From Camelus dromedarius (taxonomy: Eukaryota): DNA of 64,000 nt. Shown here piece after piece: positions 29,901 to 42,309 of this stretch; the first letter of the stretch is position 1, and every line of letters begins with the position of its first letter. The notes under the pieces were generated by a model. That model saw only the letters and a list, made by a program, of their open reading frames with translations, did not search any database and was not told the DNA's origin. The position numbers and the translations under genes were made by a program. The stretch is taken from the NCBI RefSeq assembly GCF_036321535.1, contig NC_087451.1:15376001-15440000 (forward strand). The letters are read 5' to 3'.

Positions 29901-31012
29901 GCATTCCGTCTCTCTCCAAGTCTCAGTTTCCCCACCTATTAAGTGGAGATACAATAATCATCAAACCACCTATAAAATCATATATTAAGATAACCAGTAT
30001 GAATGAAAGAGCTTTATAAATAGGGAACTATACAATCTCAAAGGCTGGAAAAATTGCAAAATACCTTTGGAAGGTAATTTTTCACAGTATCAAAAGCCAT
30101 AAAGCTGCATCCTCATTGGCCTGGGCATCCCACTCACAGAATATATCCTGTGACAGGAGTTTCCACTCTTTTCCTATCAGTCCATCCAGAGTGTTTCCAT
30201 GGATGGAACATCCCTAGCTTATAGGCTGAAGCCTGTGTAAGATAGGATGTGGACTGTGTACCATTTCCATTTCTTTGCCACTCAAGGAGACACATCCCAG
30301 GGAAGGATGTTATTCTGGGAATCGTTTGGATTAGGTAAATAATTGACCAAATATAGCATATCACTTAGTAATAAGTTGTTTGCCAGTTCTGCAACCCCTC
30401 AAGACACCTCAGCATCTTGGCATTCAAGATGAGAACTGCCATCCTTTTGAAATAACTCAAAGAATGAAAAAGTGTATATACCTATATGTGGGGCAGCAAT
30501 GGCAGTAATAAATCAGCTCTTTCATATCCATTCTCTTATTGCCCTTCTTTAAGGTCCTGTGAGGTAGACAGGAGGGATTTATACTTCCTGTCTCCAGGTG
30601 GAGCCATGGTTTCACATCCATGCAAAGTAAGTTAAGAACCAACAAGCGTGATGGAAGGACTCCCTGCTTGGGGTCACGTGACTTGAACCTGTAACATTTT
30701 CAGGCTGTGATTCCTTGGGCGTGTGACTTCAAATCTCTGGGTGTCCTTTGACTCAAATTGCTTCCAGAGTTACTGAGTGGTTCAAATGGGGTACTGGCCA
30801 CGATGCACTTTAAGAAGTAAACAGTGCACAAAGGTGGCATGCCTTAGTGTGCTGACTCCCTGAGCTGGGACCGATAATAATGCTTTAGGTCCAAAAAGTG
30901 GCCTTCCCTTTATCCACATACGTTAAGCAACACCCTAGAATTTCTGGTCAGTCTTCATGGTGGCACATCTAAGGCAAGGAAAAAACATGATCATAACAAG
31001 GTAAAATAAATA

Positions 31013-31018
31013 TTTATT
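31013..31018 (-). terminator. Polyadenylation signal of the TRPV3 3'UTR
   Basis: AATAAA on the minus strand about 2.5 kb past the TRPV3 stop, in an AT-rich context. Confidence 0.6.
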
Positions 31019-33490
31019 AGAAATCATAAAAGAATGTCTTCAGTGGCACTATAATACTCCTGTTCCATTTATGACTTCTTTTTTGAACATAGAGTTTCAC
31101 ACAGACACAAATAAGAACAAGTATTTAAATTAGAATTTGCACAGATCAGGCACATTCGATGAGAACAAGGGGACAAGTCTGTGTTTGGGACTAAGATGAC
31201 AGTAAAAACATGTAAGTCAATGCAGAAATCAAGTGTGGCTTACAGGCCCAGATGACTGCCCACCGACCTGGGCCCCGCCCAGAGCAAAAGGCCTTCACCA
31301 GGCCTTGAGGAAGGAAAAGAAGATCAGTAACACTGGGCTCTCAGGCAGGAGCCCCTCTAACAGCTTAATGACTTCACAGTACAGCCTCAAACTCCTTCTC
31401 CCATAACCCAGGGAAGAAGGTAAGCACCATTTTTATTCCAAACAGGTATATCACATAATGTCTAGAATAATGGATTCTTCCTGAGGCAAAGTTTAGCTAA
31501 AGGGAAGGTCCCAGCCAAAACTGTTATCTGAGTAGGGGAGATTCCATCCCTGGAACATGCCTTCCCCTTTAAAGTACTGCTACATGTGTCATTTAAGATG
31601 TCCTGATACACCCGTGAATTCAGTGTAGCGTGGTGTGTGTGTGCACACACTTGAATTTTAAACCAATCGTAACGATCATAGGGACAATGTAGACTGTCAG
31701 CACGAGTTACCTGAGCAGAAAGCCCTAGCCCCCTGACATACGCCAATCACAAAGGCAGACTCAAACTTACTGAATAACTGTCCTAAAAAAAAAAAAAAAA
31801 AAACCACACAGGGGGACATCTGTGGTCCAGAATCAGAACCTCTGGCTTCAACAGCTCTGAGACAACCTCCTGCGTAACTCAGACAAGTCCACTTTCCTTT
31901 CAGGGCTTTAGTCTCCAGGTGTAAATAAGAGAACTGGTCCTTTGGAGCCAATGCCCTTTGACGCCTTGCTTCCCTTGGCAAACCTATCCAGGCTGAGACC
32001 ATCCAGGCTGAAAGCCTTTGGGGGATGCCACTACTAGGAAGAATATCCCAGTACGGAAAAGGGTCCTGCCAACAAATTCCATCCAGATCCTCAGACAGCA
32101 GTTCTTCATGTGTAAGAAGACAAAGACCCCGTTACTGATCTCTGTCTGTCTAACCTACCAGCTTTTGTTCAGGTGGGAAATGGAGAGCCATACGGCTTTA
32201 TCCATTCATATCTGAATCAGAACAGTTCTGAATTCCCAGCTCCATGGTGCCCTGGCTCCAAACAGCTGCCCTTCAAACCAGGGACACCTTTTCAGGATAA
32301 CTTCAAGTAGGTAACTCCAGATGCAGGATGCTGATTTCCAGGCCGAGAGGACCTTCAAGTTCATCCAGTTGTGATCTTTAACAACATCCCAGTAAGTGCT
32401 CAACCAGCTTCTGCAGCTTTTTCGTACGCCTTTTCCTCTGCTTCAAAATTCACAGTTAACAAAAATAGCTAATACCAGAGAAGTTCAGGTATTTTGTTAA
32501 ATTCTTCCAATGAGAAATACTGATGTACAGGAGTAACCTCTGAGATTCAAGACCACGTAAACAGAGCAGTTGCTGTTTCTGTTTCGGATAAAGCCACAAT
32601 CCCAGCGTGGAAGCACGCACTGTAGCAGGGCTGGGACAAGGCAAAGAGCCAAGATCTTTCACTCAGATTGCAGGCCCTGCCTGCTGTGTCTCATGTGGAC
32701 TTCTATGTGCATAATGAAAAGCTTTTTGTCCAGCTTGTTCTGGCCACCCCAAGGCCAAGTATATAACACTTACATCCAGCCCCAAATCCTAAAATCTATT
32801 TCTCAGCTTTTAATAATCACATACTTCATCTGAAGTAATTTTCATGCAAAACTGAAATGATCTTTCTCTATTGAAAAGAAAAACCCCATGTTAATTATTC
32901 TACTAAAAACATCTCTCAGTGTGAGACAGTTTGAGCCTTGAGTACCAAGGCTACTCATTTCAAGGTTGTATTCCTGCTCCCTGAAGGTTCCAGAAACTCA
33001 TTCCCCTCTGGCCCCTGGGGTGGGATTGAGAGTCCCTTAAATCCAGGAGACCCAGTCACAGTACAGGAAATGGTGGAATGTATTCACTGGGGTGGGAGAT
33101 GTCAAGATGTTGGCAGGAGGGAAGAGTCCTCTCCCTGCTCCTCCAGCCCCTGCCCTTTCCCTGCCAATCCTCTCTCCCAGCCACATCGACCTGAAGTTGG
33201 GGAACACACGGACTTCAATCAAAATTCGGGATTCCTGGGACTCCCGGGTCAGGACTGCTGGCCGTGCGTTTATACAAATTCTTTGCCGAGTGACAAAATC
33301 CAGGGTGTTTCCCGCTCAGGCAAACTGACAGCTGCCCCCGGGTTCAGCCACCTGCTCAGCATGAGGGTGCCTTCCTTGTCTCTGTTAGCAGAGCCAGGCT
33401 CCATCACCCTGCAAAGCCCTGAGCACCGAGTCGAGGACCCAGCCTGCAGCATCAGACAGCCCACTCGCACACGAGCTCTGGGTTCTGCTT

Positions 33491-33588
33491 CTACACTGAC
33501 GTTTCCGGAAATTCATCGATTTCATCAAATGCATTGAGGGTGGTTTTGCTGTTGCTCCTGGGAGAATCTTGGAGTTTGTTGAAATCTG
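33491..33588 (-). pseudogene. TRPV3: TRPV3 exon 18 coding part (intact)
   Basis: (A)[31 protein letters not shown]; tandem aag/cag NAGNAG acceptor. Confidence 0.95.
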
Positions 33589-33806
33589 CTTGAAAAGAAA
33601 ACCCCCACCATTTTACAAATACAGCACTGTGCAAGGTGTGCTTCCAGGTCTCAGTCCACCACCTGATTTTTAGAAATTATTCCAGATAGGTTATAAAACG
33701 ATAGTGCTGGAAGGGATTAATTCAGCCCTCCCACTTTACAGATGGGGGAAATCAGGGCCCTCCAACTTGGTTTGCCCAGGATCAGATGGTCAGACAGCAG
33801 TAGTAC

Positions 33807-33880
33807 CTGTCCTTCTCCCCGGCCCCAGGTCACTGAGGAAGACTTGAGTTTTCCATTCAGTCCAGTTCACCTCGTTGATC
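33807..33880 (-). pseudogene. TRPV3: TRPV3 exon 17 (74 nt; two in-frame 3-nt deletions)
   Basis: INEVNWTEWKTQV-FLS-DLGPGRRT vs recalled [26 protein letters not shown]. Confidence 0.9.
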
Positions 33881-34978
33881 CTGTGGGTGTGATAATCATT
33901 CTCACCACTCTCTAACTGCATCTCATTAAATGCAAACAAATAGCACAGAGTTTGCGGTGTCCTCGACAGCTCCCCTTCTGTCCATTCCAGGGATCGGGAG
34001 CACTCCTGCCTGCACCGCCACCCCCCAACCATGGTCATATCAGCATTGTTTGGGCTTGAAACCTGCCCACTTCCCCACTTTCCCAGTCCTCCAGGATCAG
34101 TCTCCTCCGAGGGTGTGGGACGCAGAAGCTCAGAGTATAAAGGGGACATTGTCAGCTAGCAGCAGCTGTGCCTGACAGAGAGGGGAAACAGTCCACGGGA
34201 AAGGAAGGGAGGGAGGGAGGAAAGAAGGGAGGGTGGAAGGGAGGGAGATGCTGGCCCAGGTGGAGAAGATGTGAGGGCATGAAGTCCAGCTACGGTGAAG
34301 GCTGCACTAAAAAGGTGGTTACGGTTCAAACCCCAAAAGAGTGGGCAATGTCTAAGGTGTTGGACTGTAACTGGAGATGATGGTTTGGCTGCAGTTCACA
34401 CTCAGAGAACATGTCTAGAGCGAGGGTGTGTAAATTAGAGAGATTTGTTAGGGTAACAATTATAGTGAAAATGATGGTTCCCGGGGCGGGGACTGGGGGT
34501 GGAATTTCAGTCAGAGAAGTAGGTTAAGGCACAGTTATACTCCAAGAAGACAGGCCACAGGGTCAGGCAGTCGGACAAGGGTAGGAAGAGGTAGAGCCAT
34601 CAGAAAAGCTGGCCATGGCACGTGCAAGTACTTTTTAAAAATCAAAAAGCTTGACATCTGCCAAAAGCAAATGTCTCGCTTTCCATTTGCCAGTAACAAA
34701 GTGCGCCTGTGGTCCCCTGGGTCGCAAAGAGTGTCAGGCTGGCAGATCTCTTCTAAGGAACCTCCAAAAAGTCAGAGTCTCCTCCCTTTTCCTTCAGAAA
34801 CTCAGGAAGCCTGTCCAGGTCCAGGGACCCCGGAAGAGCAGGTTCTGTCTTCTGAGGAGGCAGAACAGCCCTGTGGTTTGGCAAGCAATTGGCAGCCCCA
34901 TTTGTCTAACATCCACCAGCTCATCTTTCTTCACCCACCCAAGGAGCACCAAGCAAAGGGCCCTTCTCCCTCCGTTAC

Positions 34979-35109
<131 letters not shown>

Positions 35110-35747
35110 CTAAGCGCATCGCTGAGGAACCAGCCCAGGAGCACGGGGACCCGTGAGTGTGGATGGGCCCACGTGCACACAGACACGTACACGCACACAC
35201 ACCACCACACAGCCCACTCCACCCGCACTGAGGGCTGAACGCCTAGGCCCTGAGGATCTAACCTACAGAATTCAAAAATGAAAAGCCAGTGAGTTTGGGG
35301 AAGGTGTTCAGATTTTTGAACATCACATAAACAATGTTTTTGGAAGTCTGGAGCTTCCTAAGTGAAAACCTTAGGATCCTGGGAATCCCATGGTGAAGGG
35401 AGGTTCAGACACCATGCAGTCCTGTACAGAAAGGCTTCCCTGATTGCATCAGCTATGCACTCCCTGACCCTCATCTGGGGCCAGATTCGGGGGAAGAGGG
35501 GATTGTAAGCCCCGATCATACAGAAGCAGTAAGAGGAGTTGAGGAGGAACATGATGGAGAAGATCAACACCCTCACCTCCACCCTGCCCAGGAGACCCCC
35601 ACCACCAGGTCACCTGGGGTCAAGTGGCCCCAGCACCTGCCCCAGGCCCTGCCCACTGAGTCACAGGAATGGGGGCTGCAGGCATGTGCAGCTCATAGCA
35701 TGGGGTCTCACCCCCGCCACCTTCCCCAGCCCACCCGGGAGACCCAC

Positions 35748-35921
35748 ATCGATGTTGGTGTTGTAGACGATGATTTCCAGCACCGAGTTGTCCGTCGTGG
35801 TGTCCACTTTGAGCTCGTACATTGAGGACGACAGGGACCCTTAGGCCCAGTCGATGAACTTCCTGGACAGGCTCTGGAGCCGCTTCTCCTTAATCTCACG
35901 GCTGAGGATGCACTTCAGGAT
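35748..35921 (-). pseudogene. TRPV3: TRPV3 exon 9 with premature TAA and a 3-nt deletion
   Basis: [57 protein letters not shown]; TAA at 35843-35841 (human Y382). Confidence 0.95.
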
Positions 35922-37973
35922 CTGGGGTAAGAAGAGGAACGACTGTCAGCTGCAGAACAGGGCTTGGGGCCAACACAGCTGGGCCCGCCCAAGGCAGACG
36001 GGGCCGGGAAAGAGGCCCCACCAGGGGTGGACTGAGTCGGACCTCTGCTCGTGTCACCGTGGCCCTGGGCCCGGCTTTATCTGAGGAAAGGGTGCCAAGC
36101 TCGCTGATCTGCTATCACCAGGGATTGTGAGCACCAGAGACAAGAAGTGTGAAGGTCCTGCACAATCAGCTCACAAATCCTTGCACCAGTTGGGGAGTCC
36201 GTTCCCTGAAGATTCCAGGAAGTGACAATTTTTAGAACTAATTTGGCCTGGAATTGAGAAGAAGCCAGAAGTTTTTCCAGCTTCTCCATCCTACCCTCAG
36301 TCAAGACCCTGCCAGTTGAGGCTTACTGCTCTGGCCAGACAGGGGGTGATGCAAGACACCAGCCTTCCCTAGAGGCCCATGGGACCCACTCCCTAGGTCA
36401 GCAGTCCTCACTCTGCTGCAAATGAGGGTCTCTAGGGAACACTGAAAAATCCCACACCACCGACAGATTCATACAAATCTCTGCAGGGGGACCCAGGCAT
36501 CTGCATCTAGTAGAGCTTCCTGAGCGGTTCCATAGTGCAGGGAGGATGAAGAGCTCACTAGTTCCCGACAGCTGAGCCCGGGTGCCCTAGGACGGGGGCA
36601 GAACTTCCCGGGGCACCAACTCAAGGTCCAGGAAGAGGGTCCTGTCAGGAAGGACAGCGTCAGAGCCCTGAGCTCACGTGACCCTTGGAGTTCCCATCTC
36701 ATCTCACCTGGAGCCTTGTCTCTACAGCCCAGGCAGGGAGCTCCTGTGGAAAGGGTAGGTCTCCCCTTCCTGCACCCCCAGCCTAGAGGGCCCAGGGACA
36801 GGGTTTGTGTCTCAAGTATGGCTGCACCCTCCGCTCCCAGCACAGTGGCCAACTTGGGCAGCATCCAGAAAGGTTTCCAAAGAACACTGAGTGCAGGAGA
36901 GAAGGGGCCAGGAAGGGTGCAGGCAACTCCCCAAGCCTGGCCACGGGGAGGGGGTGGGGGACACGTTATTTCTCTAGAGAACCAGGGGGGCGTGGGGCCA
37001 TGCTCCATGCAGGAGGCTTCGCCCCGGGGCCCTCCCCAGGGAAAGCACACACCTCAGAGTCCTTGGAGAAAGCCCACTTGCAACCACAAATCTGACTTCT
37101 CAAACCCCCAGGAAACCGTGTCCTTGGGGTGGGCAGGGGATGGGGGGCACACAATTCCTCCTGTCAAAGGTGTGCTCCATCCCCTCCTCCTCCCACAAGA
37201 GAATGAAAGGGTCCCTTGTGGGCCCAGCCCTGAGCTCTGGGCCAGGACCCAAGGCCCTCAGGGCAGCGCCTCCGGCCCCCCACCCCCGCCAGCTGCCCTG
37301 AGGCTGGCACAGCTGCCATTGCTCAACAGTCCCCCACCGTCACCTCTCAGCGCCCTTCCAGCAGCCTCCCAGGAGCCACAGTCCTCTCCCAGAGTTTGTG
37401 ATATGGAGGCCAAGGACGGGCTTTGCTAAGCCGTGACTCCCGCCCCAACCTGAGTCTTGACCTTGAAATCGGACCAAGCTGTGGTCCCGGCCGCTTAGAG
37501 AGATGTGAGCCCACCCAGCTGAGGCTTCACCAAGGCTCCGGGTTAACTTGAGTTCCTCAGCCACGATGCAAGGGCACAAAGGGCCATGAGCAGCCGCACA
37601 CTCTGCTAGGGACCTGGCTCAAGGTTTCCACCTAACAGACAGGCTGGGGTCTCCCCAGAGTCAGGGAGCAGCAGCCCATTGGCTCTGGATCCAGAGCAGG
37701 CCTTCTGGGGCTCCTGTCCTCATGAGAGGCTCCTGTCCCTGAGGCTCAGACACTCAGCCTCCGTTTGGATGCCTTGCCACACAGGAATCCTCAGCCTTAA
37801 GGCTCCTCCACTGGGGCTCCGGCAAGGAGGTCCCAGGACAGGAGAGAAACAGTGTTAGGAACTGAAGTCAAGAAGATAGGTTCACATGCTGCTTCTCATG
37901 GCTCTGCGCAGTCAGCCACTCAGCAGGGCCCCTAGGGGAGCATGCCTACAACCCCCATCCCAGTCTTGTCCAC

Positions 37974-38254
37974 CTTGGCCTTGTCCATCTTGGCAGCCAG
38001 CTGCAGTGGCGTCAAGCCATCATTGTTCCACGTGGTCTCCAGCTCCCAGTTGCCACTCCTCCGCAGGATCATGTCGTACATGCGCTTGACGAAGTCATTC
38101 TGCGTCTTGAAGTCCTCGGCCACCGTCAGCAGCGCGTGGAGGATGTTGTTTCCCTGTGAATCCTGGGAGGTGATGTCCATCTGCTCGTTCTCCATCAGCA
38201 GCTGCATGATCTCGGACTGGTTGGTACAGGCTGCCAGGGCCAGGGGTGTCTCAC
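37974..38254 (-). pseudogene. TRPV3: TRPV3 exon 8 (281 nt), acceptor mutated AG>AC
   Basis: [42 protein letters not shown]...[14 protein letters not shown]; the intron ends cccctac. Confidence 0.95.
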
Positions 38255-39801
38255 GTAGGGGAGGGGGAGCACGGAGACTCGGTTCTTTCACGGACCAGAA
38301 CGGTGACCCCCAAGTCCTAGAACTGAGGCTTCTCCAGACCATTTCCACAGGGATGGGAGACTGGAGCTGCATCACTGCAATAAACTCCTAGATGGTCTCC
38401 CTGCTATCACCCTGGCCTCCAACATGATTCTTAGAACAACAGCCAGACTGATCCTGCTAACAAATAAGGCTCACCTTACCCAGAATAAAAGCTCAGATTC
38501 CAATAACAGCACACAAGGCCCAACATCTGACATCATCTACTCCTCTCCCCATCATTCACTCCCTCCAGCCACAATGGCCTCTTCGTTTTCCTCAAGCACA
38601 CACAAGCATTTTCATATCTCAGGGCCTTTGCACAGTCTGTTCCCACTGCCCGTAGTGCTGTTTCTTAGATACCTGCATCATTTACTCTCTCACCACCTTC
38701 AAGTCTTTGCTCAAATGTCACCTTTTCAATGAATCACCCTAAGTGTTCTATTTAAAGTTGAAACCCACCTCCTTCCTGCCCCAGAACTCCTGATTCCCCT
38801 TTCCTACTTTACTTTCTAGTTTTTGAATAGCATTTATTGTTTTTTTTAACATATTACAGAACATTCTTATTTATTATGTTTATTATTGATGGTCTCTCTC
38901 CCATGTAGAATGTAAGTTCCACAAGAGCAAACATCTCAGTTTTGTTCACAGATTTATTTCTAATACCTAGAACAAAACGTGGTGTATACAGTAAACAATA
39001 AAGGTTTGTTAAGAAAAGAGAAGACAGGTGACTCCCTCAGGGTCACACATGGTAGCCGTGGACGGACCCAGGCCTGGACAGCATGCCTTCTGCTGCTGCT
39101 CCCCAGTCTCCCCCGGTATCCTCTCTTCATCCCACCTGACAAATGTTCCCAACACAGGCTCCAACCAGGTCAGACGCCAGGCAATGGACTGGACAAGACC
39201 CTGTCCTCAAGGCCACTCAGACCCATCTAGCCCTGCTGACTAAAAACCACCCAGAAAACAGGTCAGTGATCGTCCATCAGGGGCTGGGCTGGGAAGAGGA
39301 ACTGACTACAAGGTTGTACCAGGAAATTTTTGAGTGTGATAAAGCTGTTCCCTGTCCTGATCACAGTGGTGGTTACATGACTGTATGCATTTGTGGAAAT
39401 GAACAGAATTGTCTATTAAAGTGGGTGAACTTCACTATATAGAAATCACACATTAAAAAAAATTTTTTTCCACCCAAAACGGCCTAACTCCAATTGCTTT
39501 TGGACTCCCTAAGGTGTCAGCCAGGGAATTCTCATCCTCACTTTTGACTACCTGTTGGCAGTTCTGAGAGGCACTGGACACGGAAAAGACGCCAGAGCTG
39601 GCCACCGGGATGCCTACATCAGCTGCTTACTACACTGGGGCAAGTCACATCCCTTCTCAGGACCTGTCGGCTGCTTTGTAAACTAGAGCTCTCCTTTGGT
39701 CTCCCTCCCAGGTCTCTGTTCCCTAAGGGCTGCTCAGCTGAAAGTCTGGGTGCCCACTAAGACCACCAGGTGACACTCCCAGAATGCCGGCTCCCCCATC
39801 A

Positions 39802-40245
<444 letters not shown>

Positions 40246-41179
40246 TCAGCGGCTGGGAGCCGGGGTGACACAACCTCTCTGGCCTTTTCCCCTCTCTGGC
40301 CTCCACACCCTCCACGGACCCACGGAGAAATACTAGCCGCCTGTCGGGTCTGTGTCGCCCAGCTACCAAGAGTCCCAGCTTCATTCTTTGCTTCAATCTT
40401 GCTGGGAAGCAAGGATTATTTAGGGAGCATCTGCTCTGTGCTAGGGTCCAGGCGCTGGGGATGCAGTGAGACACGGGATGCAGTTTTGATTCTTGTCCTC
40501 CAGAAGCTCACCATCTCACTGAGAATGAAGCACTATGATACCGGAGGTGCAGGGGCTGTGGTGCCCAGAGCAGGGGCTCTTAACATGGACGGGTTGGGGG
40601 GCTTCCCAGAAGGGGCCTCTAACCTGGGACCACGTAAGTTTACGGAGGGTGGATGGGGCCAACTCAAGGCCTCATAAGCCAGGTGAACAGATGAGAACGT
40701 TATCCTAAGGACCATGGGAAGGCACAGAAGGCACTGAAGGAGGGAAGTGACATGACCACAGTCTTGGGTTTTGTGTGTGTGTATTTTTGGATCACTCTGG
40801 CTGCAAAATTGGAGGATACACTAGGAGCCCAGAGTTGTGAGGAACTGTCCAGCCCGAGGACCCAAAGATCCTTAGGAGAGTCTTTAGGATGGCCTGTGGG
40901 GGTTGGGGGAGAAGGGGAGTCTCAGGTAAGATCCAGGTGTCTGGCCTGGGTGCTGGGTGGCTGGTGCCTTTGTGACTAAGAAACAAAATAGGCGAGAAGC
41001 ATTAGGGAGAGGGAGGAGGGACTTTAACCCTGTTGTTGGAGCCTACAGAACCTCCAGATGGAGGGGACTGGAAGGCTGGGGTGCGGGGTCTCAGAATGTC
41101 CCACCAGAAACAGCATTTTTCAAAGAGCTGCCACCATGCCACACACACAAAGAATAAAGTCCTGGTGGACTAAAAACTA

Positions 41180-42155
41180 AGCATTTTTAAAGTCTGGAAA
41201 ATTGTTTATAACTGACCTTCTGGCAGGGAAAACTTTCTGAAGCAAAATCCAAAATGCAGAAACCATAAAGAAAAAAATGGACAGATTGACAGTCTGCTTA
41301 CATAAAAATTAAAAGTTTCTCTATTTCAAAAGATATCTTAAAGGACAAGCAATAGGCTGGAGGAAATATCTGAGATGTATGAAAGAGGCAATGTGTGTTT
41401 CAAAGTCCACAGTAGATGAGGAGCTCCTACAAATCAATAAAAAAACAACCTAAAAGAGAACTGAGAGAAGATTAGCAAGAAGCACCTCACAGAGAAGAAG
41501 ACACACCCAGCCAATACAGAAAGTGCAAGGTGTTTGGAATCACTGGTGATCAGCAAGATGAAGATTTGAACCTGAGGAGTTAACACTTTTCACCTATTGG
41601 ATTGACGGTATGTATCTTGGCAATACAATACTGGCAAGGATGCATGCTTTTGTACTCTTGTGTGGGGGGAGAGTAAATTAGTACTTTTTGCAGGCAAACT
41701 TGGGGCAATAGCCATTGTAATTTTAAATATGCATGTCCTGAACCCAGAGAATCCAGTTCAAAGTGCTTTCCTAAAACATGTATGCACGGTGCAAGGGTTA
41801 CAGACAAGACTATGCACTGCAACGCTGTCATCGCAAAACACTGTGAAGCACGTGGATGTCTGCCATCGACAGGGGAATGTGAAATCACCCCCTTGCAGCC
41901 GTCTTCAGACTAAGCAGGTGAAAAGGAGGCAGACTTTTATATTCTGATATGAGAAGGCATTTAAAACATATATTTAATTCCCCCAAATCAAATTGTAGAA
42001 CAATACAAACAGCACAATACATAGGTAGATAAGTGAATAAATAAAACTGTTCCTATGTGCACATACACACTTATGTCGAAAGTCTAATATAGTCATCATC
42101 TCTGGAAGGGAGAGTGGGGAACAGGTGAAGGTTTTCTGGTTTTGTTTTTACTTAA
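41180..42155 (+). mobile_element. L1ME-type fragment in TRPV3 intron 6
   Basis: aaaaaaatggacagattgac...aaaattaaaagtttctct...aaatcaataaaaaaacaacc L1 ORF2/3'UTR pattern; ends abruptly at the SINE. Confidence 0.75.
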
Positions 42156-42159
42156 TATA

Positions 42160-42305
42160 GGGGAGAGGGTATAGCTCAAGATAGAGCACATGCTTAGCAT
42201 GCACGAGGTCCTGGGTTCAATCCCCAGTACCTCCACTGAAAAACCAAATCAACCTAATTACCTCCCCCCCTGCAAAAATAAATAAATAGTTTTAAAAAAA
42301 GAAAT
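42160..42305 (+). mobile_element. tRNA-derived SINE, camelid-type
   Basis: ggggagagggtatagctcaag...cttagcatgcacgaggtcctgggttcaatccccagtacctcc...aacctaattacctcccccc plus an A-rich tail. Pol III A and B boxes present; resembles the recalled camelid SINE consensus. Confidence 0.85.
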
Positions 42306-42309
42306 AAGT

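Noticed and set aside
32938-33537. 199-aa ORF
   Set aside because: Lies antisense to the TRPV3 stop and 3'UTR, with a TTG start and no recognisable protein.
35470-35582. Minus-strand VLIFSIMFLLN... faintly like TRPV3 S6 (exon 15)
   Set aside because: Far more divergent than the genuine TRPV3 exons here, with no proper exon boundaries; probably chance, though it lies in the deletion-junction interval.
36469-37429. Overlapping 193-aa and 237-aa ORFs
   Set aside because: GC-rich TRPV3 intron 8; Pro/Gly-rich stop-poor frames on both strands, no homology recognised.
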